Of a DNA stretch of 64,000 nt, positions 13,139 to 25,584 are shown piece after piece (the first letter of the stretch is position 1; each line of letters begins with the position of its first letter). This stretch comes from Phaeosaccion multiseriatum (Eukaryota > Protista > Ochrophyta, other classes): assembly GCA_965112735.1 (NCBI GenBank), contig OZ218962.1:1054001-1118000 (forward strand), read 5' to 3'. Below the pieces are notes generated by a model. The model was not told the origin of the DNA and searched no databases. It worked only from the letters and a program-made list of their open reading frames with translations. The position numbers were made by a program, and so were the translations under genes.

Positions 13139-14526
13139 TTCCAACAATGGGGACCCTGTTCTTTCTCCTGCGCTGTTCTGTTCGGTTGGCTTGTTGTGCT
13201 TTGTTCAACTTCACTTTGCTTTGCGTTGTAGGTGCTGCTCGACCGTGTGGGCGAGGGCGTGGCGGCTCCCATGAGAGGAGAGACTTCCCTCGCGAGGGCC
13301 GAGGAGGTGGTGAACAACGCGAGGAGACTAGGGGTACAGGACGTGCTAACGCGGGCAAGGTGAGTGGTATGGAGGGGTGGATGGTTGGAGGAGTGGAGCG
13401 AGGAGGGAGTCGAGGGATGGAGGTATAGATGGGTGGATGGGTGGATGGGTGGAGGGGTGGATGGGTGGGTGAGTGGATGGGTGGAGGGGTGGAGGGAGTG
13501 GATGGATGGAGGGGTAAGTGGAGGGGTGGAGGAGAGAAAGGGTGGAGGGTGTGGGGGAGTGGAGGGGGTAGAGGGAGTGGAGGGAGAGAAGGGGTGGAGG
13601 GGTGGAGGGGTGGAGGGGATGGGGATTCACCTGCATACTTATCGCTCGGAGGAGCGGGGGGGAGGGCTCTTAAAGTCTCATCCACCCGTACACACACACA
13701 CGCTGTCACACACGCACCCACACACACTCACGCTCACACACACCTTCAATACTACCCCTGTCCTGACAAAACAGCAGTACAGTGACAACAGTGAGGGGGG
13801 GGAAATAGCCAAGAAACTGAACCTGGCGCTGCTTGTGCATGCACATCTTTCAACGAGCTCTACCCCTGTCCTGACACCGATCGCTGCTGACGTGAAACTC
13901 CGTTTCCCTCACGACTTACTATACACAACACAATACAAATACCCCACCCGTATGTATGTATGGTACACGACATAACAAACAGTGACATCGAGAGCATGGA
14001 TAAGAAGATGAATCTGGCGCTGCTGGTGCAGATCTTCAACGAAGAGACGTGCATGCCCGACCTCACCGAGGCAGAGATCGAACGCCTCATCGCCATCGCC
14101 AAGGAGCAGGGGGCTAAGCTCATTGCGCAAGACTTAAGGGCCCTTCTTGCGCACATCACGGAAAGGGCACGGAGGGTGAGCAAGAGTGTGTGTGTGCGTG
14201 CGCGTCTGTGTGAGCGTGCGCATGAGTGTGTCTGTGTGTGCGTGCGTGTCCGTGTCCGTGCGTGTGTGTGTGTGTGGTTTGGGGGGGGGGGCACACTTCT
14301 GCTGGCGAGAACGGGAATCAAACTTCGAATTTCATTCTTCCTCCCCTCCCTCCCCGCCGGGGGGCAGTCTTCTCGCTGGCATTCTCTTCTGTGCCCATGT
14401 TCAGAGAGGAGGGGAGTGCCGTCTTCTGAATCCATCACCCCTGTTCCACTCCCTCGCTACCGTCCGCACGCACCTATGCACGCACACACGCACACACACA
14501 CACACACACACGCACACACACACACA

Positions 14527-14588
<62 letters not shown>

Positions 14589-15163
14589 CACACGCACGCA
14601 TGCAGTTTGATGACACGATGAGCACCATGTCGATCGCAAGTCCTATGTCCATCGAGCCAAGCCCGAGGCTCAAGACCCACTCAGAGCCCCAAACCATGGA
14701 GGAGTGGGAGGCACAGGCGGACAAGGATGCCCACTTCTCATCAGATGACGAACAAGACGCCGTGGTAAGCGCAACGCGAATGAGGGAGGGAGAGGGAGTG
14801 AAGGAGTGAGTGAGTAAGTAACCTCTCTACCTCCCTCCCTCCCTCCCTCCCTCCATCCCTCCATCCATCCATCCACCTCTCCATCCATCCATCCATCCAT
14901 CCCTCCCTCCCTCCCCCAACTCCCCCACCAAACAGAGGGACTTCGAAAACGTCGACTACGAGAGTGCGGGCGCGTGCGGCCTGGCGTGCAATATCGGCCT
15001 CGACAACTTTATGGGGGGCATCTTCGCTCCTCCCCAGCCCGTAGAGGAAGAGGCCCCTCTGCGACGGAGAAGCTACACGCAGTTACAGAAAAGCTTCAAG
15101 AGGAAGGACAGACAAGAGGCCGTCCACAGGGCACAGCTTGAGGACGATTGTGTTGTCATGTGA
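10521..15163 (+). CDS. Fimbrin/plastin-like protein with a single CH-CH actin-binding domain and C-terminal CaaX (CVVM); ~12 exons
   Basis: [72 protein letters not shown] and [11 protein letters not shown] match plastin CH1/CH2. Exon phases are consistent. Confidence 0.8.
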
Positions 15164-15785
15164 ATCATTGGGAGGAAGACAGTGGAAAGGCTGTGGAAAG
15201 GCTGTGGAAAGACTGTAGGAAAGGCTGTGGAAAGACAGCGTGTCGATCGATCAATCTATCAGTCCAGTCCCGGGTGTATCATTGGGAGAGAGACCGTGAG
15301 TGTGTGGGCCAATCTATCAGCGGTCCCGTGTGTGTATGTAGGTGCTGATGTGCGTTTGTGATTCTGCGATACTGTAGGGGCATGAGAGTTTGAGTTGAAG
15401 TTCAGTTTCTTTGTTTTCGGGTGGGGAGGAAGAGAGAGAGGAGAACGAAGAGCTGCTCATTGTATGTGTTCCTCTGTTGTGAGTAGTGGGAGGTCTGTCG
15501 TAAGTACCTGTAGTGGAAGGGAGCACTTTGCGGCTTGAGGAGGAGAATGGCCTGACTCAGGTCGTGCGAAGCATGAGGGAGGAGAGGAAGGAAGGAGCCA
15601 ACACCACTTCCGCCCTCGCCTATTTTTTAGGAGATTTATGAATAGGGTACGTACGTAAATATGTAAAATACATAATACATAATACCATTGGGCGAACACC
15701 CACACCGCTTGCAGGCAGGCCAGTCAGCAAAAAAGTAAGCAACCAAACAAGCCCGCAACAACAAGAAGAGGGCACTTTTGCTTCG

Positions 15786-17305
15786 TCAACACGGAGCCTC
15801 CCAACTGAAGCCCTCCTCAGAGTCTAACCACCTCACCTCCTGCAGTCCAGGCACCGCACGACAAGCACAAGCACACGCACACACCCCCCCCGGCACTGCT
15901 GCTAACGCTGACTCCGGGGACCCTGACCCTGGCCCTGGCTCTGACCCTGACCCTGACCGTGACCGTGACCCTGGCCCTGGCTCTGACCCTGACCCTGACC
16001 CTGACCCTGGCCCTGACCCTGGCCCTGGCCCTGACCCTGACCCTGACCCTGACTCCGGCCGTGATCCCGACCCTCGCTCTTCTTCCCCATCTAAAGAGGG
16101 TCCGCTGCAGCCGAAGGACGAGGAGGCGCCCCCGTCACCTCCATCTTCATCTCCACCTCTCACTGACGAGGAAGAGTGCGACTCGCAGTCAGAGGGCCCT
16201 GCTGCTGTCCCTGCTGTACCTACTTCCGCTGCTGTCTCCACTGTCCCTTCTGCTTGGGCCTGGGCCTGCGTTGGGGTTTGGTTTGGGCCGCCAGATGGTG
16301 AAACACAGTCGCCAGATGATGAAACGTAGTCCATTCTCAGCTCAAGCATATTGAGCGTGTAGCTTGAATACACATTGGCGGGGCGGGTTTCCAAGTCGAG
16401 AAACTCGGGCAGAAAGTCTTCAGGCCCAATGCTTCGAATGGCAATGCCCAGCTCCCTGGCTGTGGCGTAGAGCAAGGCCGTGGTGGTGTTTGCCCGCTCC
16501 ACATAGCCCAAGTACATGACCGTCTTTGCCTTTGCCACCACAGGCACCACAGGCACTGGAGGTATAGGGGGAGGGGTGCTCTCTTCAGTCTCATCATCGT
16601 CAAGCGGGGCAGTGCTATCACCACCACCACCACCACCACCACCACCGCACTTGGTGACTCCATCGCCTGCCTGCAGCAGCGCCTTGACAGTGACGCAGAA
16701 GGGGCGCACAAAGGAGGGCCAGCATACCACATCTGCCCCCAGCAGCACATCGGGTGGGCCCCACTCCTCTATATACCGCTCAAAGTCCTGTTTGTTGCCC
16801 CACAGCAAGCGAGAGGCCCCCAGGCGGCGTTTCCTTCTCAAGTGTGGTGGTCTCTGTTGGTCCTTCTGAGGCTCTTTAGTTCCATCCCCCCCTTCCCCCT
16901 CCCGGCCCAGATCCAAACAGCCAGAAAGCTCTTGCAGCTCCACATTCTGCCGCAAGAGCTCGAGCACGATTTCATTGCCGTCTGTCAGGCAACAGGACGC
17001 TATTGCAAGCACAACAGCAAGGACGCGACAGCAGCGCGGAGGGCAAAGGGGTTGGCGTTTTGTGTGCATGACAACGATGGGGTTGAAGGTAAGTGCGTGG
17101 GGGGGAGGGGAGAGGAGGGAGGGGTGTGTAACGGCGCTCCTGCGTGGCTTTCACACCGGTCATAGTACTCCTTTCCGTTTCTCTCTCTCTTTCTCTCTCT
17201 CTTTCATTCTTTCTCGTTCTCCCCCTTCTCTCTCTCTCTCTCTCTCCCCCTCTCGCTCACGCTCTGTCTGTCTGTCTGTCCGTCTGTCTATCTGTCTGTC
17301 TGTCC

Positions 17306-17337
<32 letters not shown>

Positions 17338-17832
17338 GTCTGTCTGTCTGTCTGCCTGTCTGCCTGTCTGTGGGTCTGTCTGTCTGTCTGTCTGTCTCTC
17401 TGCCTGTCTGTGGGTCTGTCTGTCTGTCTGTCTGTCTGTGTGCCTGTCTGTCTGTCTGTCTGTGGATCTGTCTGTATGTATGTCTGTCTGTCTGTCTGTC
17501 TGTCTGTCTGCGTGCCTGTCTGACTGCCTGTCTGTCTGTCTGTCTGCCTGTCTGTCTGTCTATCTGTCTGTCTGTCTGTCTGCCTGTCTCCTTCCTCCAT
17601 CTCATCATATGTACCTGTGAATTGAGACGCGACAAGCCCACTCAGGCCCGTTCCACTCCCAAGCTCCACCGCGTTTTTGCCCACAAACTCGCCCCTGTTG
17701 CGCACAACGAACCAAGCGAGGTAGATGGCGATGGGCCACAGCACCTGACCGGTGAGGTCGTGGTCTATTTCATTTTGTATTCGCGTTGATGGTTTGGAGT
17801 TGTGGACCAAGTTTCCAGTTTCAGGTGTAGGC

Positions 17833-17908
<76 letters not shown>

Positions 17909-18935
17909 TGGATGTGTGTGTGGGGGAAGTGTGGGGGGGAGGACAGGGGAGGACAGTATGAGGGAGCGGGGAGGGGGGTGATAAGCATCAGGAGAAGCTG
18001 AGCATTCAGGAAGGAGAATATCCCTGGAGCCAAAACACCGCTCTCTGTGAGGCAGATGCACAGGGTGCAACAGATACAAGTCTAGTGTACCGCAGCTCGG
18101 AGTCACCCTTTCAGGCACTCAGAGGCCTCTACACAGACTGGCACCCCAGGCCTCTCTACCATTCAGTACTGCAGTGCAGCAGGTTGTCATGTGGGTGCAG
18201 TAATGCTTTGAGTACCCAAACAACGCAACCTCCTGATTGGTCGTTTCCACATCCAGTCCTGCCTCGGCCCCGAGCGCCAAGGCCCCCGTCGCCCCGTGCC
18301 CCTCTCACCTGTCTGTAGGGTCGTGTGTGTTTCGGTGTTTCAGGAGTTGATGGCAGCATCAGCATCAGGAGAACAGGGCAAAGAGTAGGTGTTGACGGGG
18401 GAGTGGAGAAGGACAAGGAAGGTGGAGGAGAAGAGCAATGATCCAGCCATGTCACCGCTCTTCTCCTTACCATACGGCGAGGGAAGGGACGGCAGCTCTG
18501 TCCTCTACTGTGGTATCTCTTTTCCCTCTTCGCTGGTGCTTACCGAGGACGCGTGTGATGTGTTGAGCACCTGCGTGATGTCGTCAAAGTGCAGGACATC
18601 TGTGGAGTAATCGAGATTGAGAAAGAGATCAGGGGAAAAGACGTCGGCCTGCCACAGGGGAAGAAAGGGACAGGAGTTACAAGAGAACACGGGCGAGGGG
18701 GGAGGTTAGTGAGGAGGGTCGAGGGGGGTAAAGGAGCGAAAAAAAGGGAATGGGGTGGATGGAGGGGGGTGGCGAGGCGCCCCTCCTCCCGGCCTTGACG
18801 CGTGAACCCTCACGAGAGTTGACTGCACGAGCCCTTCGTCGTTCCTCCTCGGTGAGAGTTGACTGCACGAGCCCTTCGTCGTTCCTCCTCGCTCCATGCC
18901 ATTCGTACGCTCACCTCATCTTCGCTATCGCCCAT
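15786..18935 (-). CDS. Methyltransf_16 (METTL21-like) protein lysine methyltransferase with low-complexity C-terminus
   Basis: DLTGQVLWP, VELGSGTGLSG, LTDGNEIVLELL, LLWG, LLGADVV. Exon 1 is MGDSEDE (18935-18915). The model needs a 4-nt microexon at 18309-18312. The 3' end is uncertain. Confidence 0.85.
17263..17588. repeat. (GTCT)n intronic microsatellite
   Basis: Direct observation. Confidence 0.95.
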
Positions 18936-19090
18936 TGTTGGGTGTTAACTAATGATATTCCCTTGGAGGGACCCGGATCCTCCCGCGTGATCGGCTCTCA
19001 TTAGCTTACTGCCTCCCGATCGCTCCTTATGATGATCAGAAGCTCCTCTGCCGCCTTCCTCTCCACTAGACAGATAAGAGTTAGGGCAGC

Positions 19091-22000
19091 ATGAAGGCCC
19101 AATTCGCGGCAGCAGGCTTGGTCCTGCTCAGCACAACGACGTCCCACGCCTTCGCATTCACGTCAACAATGGCCCCGGCCCTGGCACTGCACACCCACAC
19201 CAGAGTCGGCGCCACCACTAGCCGAGCCGCGAGAAGAAGCAATAGCAGATTAGGAGAGAGCATGTCAATGGCTGCAGAGGAGGGCGAGAAGAAGATTAGG
19301 ATTGCCATCCTGGGTGCGTCGGGCTACACCGGAGCCGAGCTCGTGCGGCTCTTGATCAACCACCCCAATGCCGAGCTCTCCGTGCTCACGGCCAAGTCCA
19401 AGGCGGGCAAGTCTTTCTACGACGTGTTCCCTCAGTACAATTACGCCAGGGTGAGTTGCGTGTGTGTGTGTGTGTGTGTTTGTGTGTGTGTGTAGTGGAG
19501 TTGTGTGTGTGTGTAGAGAGAGAGGAATTGGTCTAAGCAAGTCGCTCGCTACTGCAGGGACGCCTCTCGTACTGAAGATGAGCAACTCTCTCCGCGTCTC
19601 TTCCTCCCTACCTCATCGCGCACTACCGCTCGTCGTCGTCCTCCTCCCCAGAACCTCGGTCTGCCGACTCTGAGTAAGCATGAAGATGCGGACTGGAGCA
19701 AGATTGACTGCGTATTCTGCTGCCTACCGCACGCCACGACGCAGGAAATCATCAAGGCTCTCCCTACTTCCCTCAAGGTACATGGAAAGAGTATCCCCCC
19801 CTCCCTCACGCACCCACTCACTCGCAATTACTCGCTCACTCACTCACTCTCCCTCCCTCACTCACTCACTCACCCGCTCACTCACTCACCCACTCACTCA
19901 CCCACTCACAATTACTCACTCACTCTCCCTCCCTTCCTCCTTCACTCACCCACTCACACTCACTCGCTCATTCACTCAATCACCCACTCACTCACTCACT
20001 CACTCGCCCACATACTCACTCATTCACTCACTCACTCACTCTCCCTTCCCTCTTCCCTCCCTCACCCACTCCCTCACTGACTGACTCACTCCCTCACTCA
20101 CTGACTCACTCCCTCCCAATGCCAATGAAGGTGGTCGACCTCAGTGCGGACTTCCGCCTCAAGGATGTGGACACATATGCCCAATGGTACGCACGGAGGT
20201 GTCTGTTCTGTCTTCGATGTCTGCACTTACTTTCAAATCCCATCTACACCTATCACCTATCTATCAATCCTTTCAACTATGTATGTCACACTTACTATCA
20301 AATCCATCTACCTATCTATCAATCTCTTTGAACTATGTCGTAACTATGTCGTAACTATGTCGTATCGTTCTTTTCCCCCCTGGTCTTCAACTATCTACTT
20401 GTCTTTGTTCCTTTTCTCCCTTTTGGTCTCTCCTCCGTCTCTCTCTATCCATCCATCCATGTATCTATCTGTCTATCTGTCTGTCTATCTATCTATCTAT
20501 CTATCCACCTGTTATATTCTTTCTCTTCGTTCTTTTCTCCCCCTTGGCCCCTCTCCCTGTCAGGTACGGAGGCAAGCACATGGCCCCGGAGCTTCAAGCA
20601 GAGGCCGTGTACGGACTCACAGAGTTCAATAGAGAGGCAGTCAAAGGGGCGAGGCTCGTAGCGAACCCCGGCTGCTACCCGACGGCGGCCCAGCTGCCTT
20701 TGGTGCCTCTACTCAAGGCCGGCAAAGTGCAAAGTAGTGATATCATCATCGACGCCAAAAGTGGTGCCACAGGGGCAGGGAGGGCGCCGAACCAGGGGAC
20801 GCTCTTCTGCGAGGTGGCAGACGGTGAGCGACGGAACGAGGAGGAGGAGGAGGAGGAGGAGGAGGAGGAGGAGGGGGGGGGGGGGGGAGAGCTGAGCGCT
20901 TGGAAAGGGTACACGCACATGCATGAGTTCCCTTCCTTTCCATGTGCTCCCTCTTACCTCTCTCACCGTCCCCCCTCCCACTCTCTCTCTCCTTACAGGC
21001 ATCCACGCCTACGGAGTCGCTAGCCACCGCCACGCTCCCGAGATTGAGCAGGTTGGTACAGCACACAAGACATAATATCGACTATATCGACTTTCTTGCG
21101 GGGATGAAAGAGTCGATCGAAACTTACGCTGGGTCGTGGGGATGTATCTCTTTGGGTTAACATCAAACCATTGAACTCTGACACTGAACCGCACCGAACT
21201 GAACTCGACTGCCGTAACTGCCGTAACTGAACGGAACTGACACCCTCTCTGCATGAAACTGTTGAAAAATCCTCAAAACGTGAACCCGCCCGGAGCAGGG
21301 GCTCATGGAGGCTGCGGCCGGCGAGGAGGAGATTGTGGTGAACTTCACGCCCCACCTTATGCCGATGAGCAGAGGCATTCTCGAATCCATCTACGTCAAG
21401 CTTGCCGATGGGGTTACCGTGGAGGACTGCAAGCAGGTGGGTGGTTGGTGGGTGGGGGAATGTAGTAAGTCGATGGATGGATGGGTGGGTGGGTGTGTGG
21501 GTGTGGGTGTGTGGATGGGTGTGGGTGTGTGGGTGTGTGGGTGGACAAGCAGGCGGGTGGCGGGGTGGGTGACAAGGAGAGGGTAGGGGAGGGGAGGAGA
21601 GTGGGGAGAGGGGGGAGAGGGGCTGGAAGGGGGAGGGGGAGGGGAGGGGAGGGGGCGGTTGTGGGTGGATGGGTCCATGGCAGAGGATGGTTGATGATGA
21701 TGATGATGAATGGTGATGATAGTGATGATGCTGATTCTGATGATGATTCTGCTGCTGCTGCAGCAACCCCCGCACACACGCACGTACTCGAACACGCCTA
21801 CCGTCTTGATGGGGGATGAAGACGTCTCTGCCTGCCTGTCTGCCTCTCTGCCTGTCTGCTTGCCTGCCTGCCTGCCTACTTGTCTGCCTGCCTGCTTGCC
21901 TGCCTCCCTGCCCACATACCCCTGCCTGACGTACCTGTCCCTGCCCATATGCCTGTATACTTACATATGCCTACTCGACGTCCCCACCGTAACAGGAGCT

Positions 22001-22494
22001 AGAGGCTGCCTTCAAGGACGAGTTCTTTGTAACCGTCCTGCCCGACAAGGAGCTGCCTCAGACCAGGCAAGTCACGTGTGGAGCAGCAACCACTCTGCTT
22101 GCTACCTACCTACCTACCTACCTACCTACCTCCCCCCCACCCTCCCTCTCCTTCTCAGATAAGACATGTGTGAGCTCGCTGATTTGGACCGGACCTTAGG
22201 ACCTTAGGTGGCACTTCTAAGCTCCACACGTCTCCCTCCCTCCCCTTTCCCGTCCTTCTCCTCTAAGACCCGACTCCCTTGCCTCCCTCCCTCTCTCCAC
22301 CACACAGACACGTGAGGGGCAGCAACCACTGCTACCTTAACATTGTGGCAGACCGAGTACCCGGCCGAGCCATCATCGTTTCGGCCATCGACAACGTCGT
22401 CAAGGGCGCGAGTGGGCAGGCCGTGCAGAACATGAACGTGCTCTTTGGTGTGCCGGAGCAAACGGGTCTGACCCAAGCGCCTGTCTTCCCGTAG
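19091..22494 (+). CDS. argC: N-acetyl-gamma-glutamyl-phosphate reductase, plastid-targeted; 8 exons
   Basis: ILGASGYTGAELVRLL, FCCLPHATT, VDLSADFRL, VANPGCYPT, DAKSGATGAGR, HRHAPEIEQ, FTPHLMPMSRG, IDNVVKGASGQAVQNMN. Bipartite presequence ...SHA-FAF. The last intron is GC-AG. Confidence 0.97.
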
Positions 22495-22744
22495 GTGATG
22501 TTCCTCTTCGATACGGAGGGGAGGGGGAGGGGGGGGGGAGAGGAGCAAGTTGCTTTGGTTTGATTTTGGTTTTCCCCTTTGCAAAGGATGTTTCTGTCCG
22601 TTTTGCTCTTGTACTGAAAATGTATGTCCAAGAGAGGAGTGCTAGTGCAAACTTATATCATTCGCGGAAGCTTGAAATACTTCGAAGTATTAATTTATTT
22701 TATATAAAGTTCTACCAAGTCATGAGGAAAGAATGGCGGTCGCT

Positions 22745-23199
22745 TCATTGGCTTTGGGTTGCTGGGTGCTCTATTACCCTCCCCCCCCCCGGTTTCTCCT
22801 CCTCCTTCTCTTCCCTCTTGTGCGGCTCCGGCTGCGGCTCTGGCTCCGGCTCCGGCTCCGGCTGCGGCTGCTTGTCTCCTCTGGCTCTGACCGATACCAC
22901 CGGCCTGCGCTTCACAATCACCGATCCTGCCTGAGACCTCAGGCCTGCACCGAACTTGTTACCAAAGCTCAGTGTGCTGCTTTGCTTGGTCTGTTTGGTC
23001 TTGGCTTTGGCCGCGGCGGAAACCTGTCGTCGATAGCACAGCACAGCAGTTGGGGATACAGTGATACAGCGGTTGGATTGGTGATACAGGCACAGCAGTT
23101 GGAGATACAGCTGTACATGGCTGGTGAGAAACAAGCAAGCCCGTGCAGGACCACTCTATCACACACTATCCTGTGTGTCGTTGTGCGTATCTCTCTCTC

Positions 23200-23244
<45 letters not shown>

Positions 23245-25545
23245 GTATGTCTGTGTGTGTCTCTCTCGTTGTGTGTGTTTGTGTTTGTCTGTGTGTGTCT
23301 CTCTTTGTGTGTGTTTGTGTGTGTGTCTGTGGTATTCGATCGATCTCACCCTGAATGTCCGGTATCCACTGAACGCAGTTGGTGCCCCCCCCCTTCCTGC
23401 TGTTGCTCCTGTTGCTCCTGTTGCTGCCCCTCCTCCTCCTCCTCCTCGTGCTACTGCTGTATCACCAGCTGCTGCTGCTACCGCCTCTCCCACAAGCTTC
23501 GTGCGCAGCCCTGATGATGTGTTCGCATCTGCAGGAGAGTCGCCGCCACCCTCCCTGCCACCGATGTTGCTGCTGCTGATGCTGTTGCTGCTGCTCCTCT
23601 CCTCCGATGCTTCGAAGCCCCCTCTTGTCTCGGCCGTAACCTCTCTCGAAGCAGCAGAAGCAGCAGCAGCAGCAGCAGCAGCGGGAGGGTCTTCTCCGCC
23701 CCCCTGGGTGACAATCACCCCCCCCTGGGCCAGCATCATCACCTTGCCACCGCCCCCCTGGGACAATCCCCCCTGGGAGAGCCCCCCCTGGGAGAGGAGT
23801 ATGTTGGCCGCTGCCGCAGTGAGCGGAGACACCACCACCGCAGCCCCCCCTGGAGACCCCACCGGGGGCCGTGGGGTGCGTTCCGCCTTCTTGTCGGTCC
23901 TGTAGCGAGGACTCGGGGCGGGCATGGACAGGCCGGAGGAGAGCAGCAGGAGGGGTCCTCCCTCCTTCCTCTCCCTCGTGTCCTTCCTCTCCCTCCTGTC
24001 CTTCCTCTTCCCCTCCTCTAGCGGGACGATGACGGCTTCTTCTTCGGGCCTCCTCTGTTTGCTCCTCTTGCTCTGCTTGTTGCTGTTGTTGTTGTTGTTG
24101 TTGTGCTTGCCGACTACAGAAGCACGTGAGGCGCTTTGGGCGGCTTCTGCAAGCTTTGAAGCCACCCATTTGTCCTCTTCGTCGCCGCTGTCCGCGTCAG
24201 AGCTGCTGTCGCTGCCGATGCTGCTGTCTTCGCTCAGGGCCGGATCCGCCCTCTCGATACGTCCGCCCTTATTGCTACTACCGGTGCTGCTGCTTCTCCC
24301 GTCTCTACTGACGGCACAACCACTCGTTGCATCAAGAGCCTCCTGCTTGCCGGCATCCGCCCCTCTCTCTTGCAGCTGCTGTATCACCAACTGCTGCTGT
24401 ATCACCAACTGCTGCTGCTGTTGCCCTAAGGCAATGTTGAGCTTGGCCTCCGCCCTTTCGTGCACGGCGCTTCTCTGCCACCCCTCCCCGCCTCCCCTCG
24501 CTCCTCCTCCGCCACCCCCACCACCAGCAGCAGCAGTTGGTGATACAGCAGCAGCGAGAGCAGCGGCCTCTGCTCTCCGCTTCCCCTTGGCGACAAGTCT
24601 CGCCATGTCCAGGCCGAATAGTCCCGAGTCTTCCCCTTCCTCTTCCTGCTCCTTCTCCTCCTCTTCCTCCTCCTCGTCCTCCTCCTGCTGCTGCTCTGGC
24701 GTCTCCATTTGAACGTACTTCGCTGCCCTGCTCACCTCCCCCTCCTTCTTCTCCTTATCCTCCTCCTCTACCTTCTGTAGCTGCTCCTCATCTTCCCCTC
24801 GCTCTCTCCTCTGATGAGGAGAACATGAAGTATCATCACCATCAACATTACCCCATCCACTGCCATCATCGTCGCCCCCCAACCCGTGTTGCCAGCCCTC
24901 CTCCTCTGATGCAGGACCAGCCCGGTCCTTCATCCCACCGCTCTCGCTCTTGTCGTCGCTCTTGCCCTCCCTCTCTCCCACGTCCATGCCCTTACTCTCG
25001 CCTGCCCCCTCGCCCTCACCCTTCCCCTTGCTATCGCTCTTCCTCCTCCTCCCCCCCATGGCGGTGTGAGTACCCTTGCCGGTCGGTGTGCCTGCAGTCG
25101 GCGGCAGTAGGGGCTTGTGAAACATGTCAGAGAAGGACAGGGCTCGTTGGAGCCCTCCGCTCTTCCTTGTCTTTGCCAACGGGCCTCTTCTTCGCCGCTC
25201 CGCTCGACCGGGTACCGTATCACCAACTGCCGCTGATGCTGTTGCTGTTGCTGACACTGTATTACCAACTGCTGCAGTAGCAGCTGCTGCTGTCTTTCCC
25301 CTACCATCCGCAGCAGCAGCACCGTTTGCCTTCGCTGTTGCCCCCTTTCTCCGGTCTGCCTCACGCACGGGATCGGCCGCTGCGACTACTGCACCTCCTT
25401 GCGTGTCCCCCCCCCCCCCCCCGCCCTTCTTGTCAGTAACTGCTCTGCCTTTGGCTCCTTGAGCTCCTTCGGCCTCATTTCTCGCTGCGCTTGAAGCCTT
25501 CTCGACATCCCTCCTCGCCTTCGAAAGACAAGCCTCTGTGTCTCG

Positions 25546-25584
<39 letters not shown>

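Noticed and set aside
1-22494. Biosynthetic gene cluster linking the PKS with the methyltransferase and argC
   Set aside because: The neighbours are a protein methyltransferase, a cytoskeletal protein and a housekeeping plastid enzyme, with no sequence evidence of a shared pathway.
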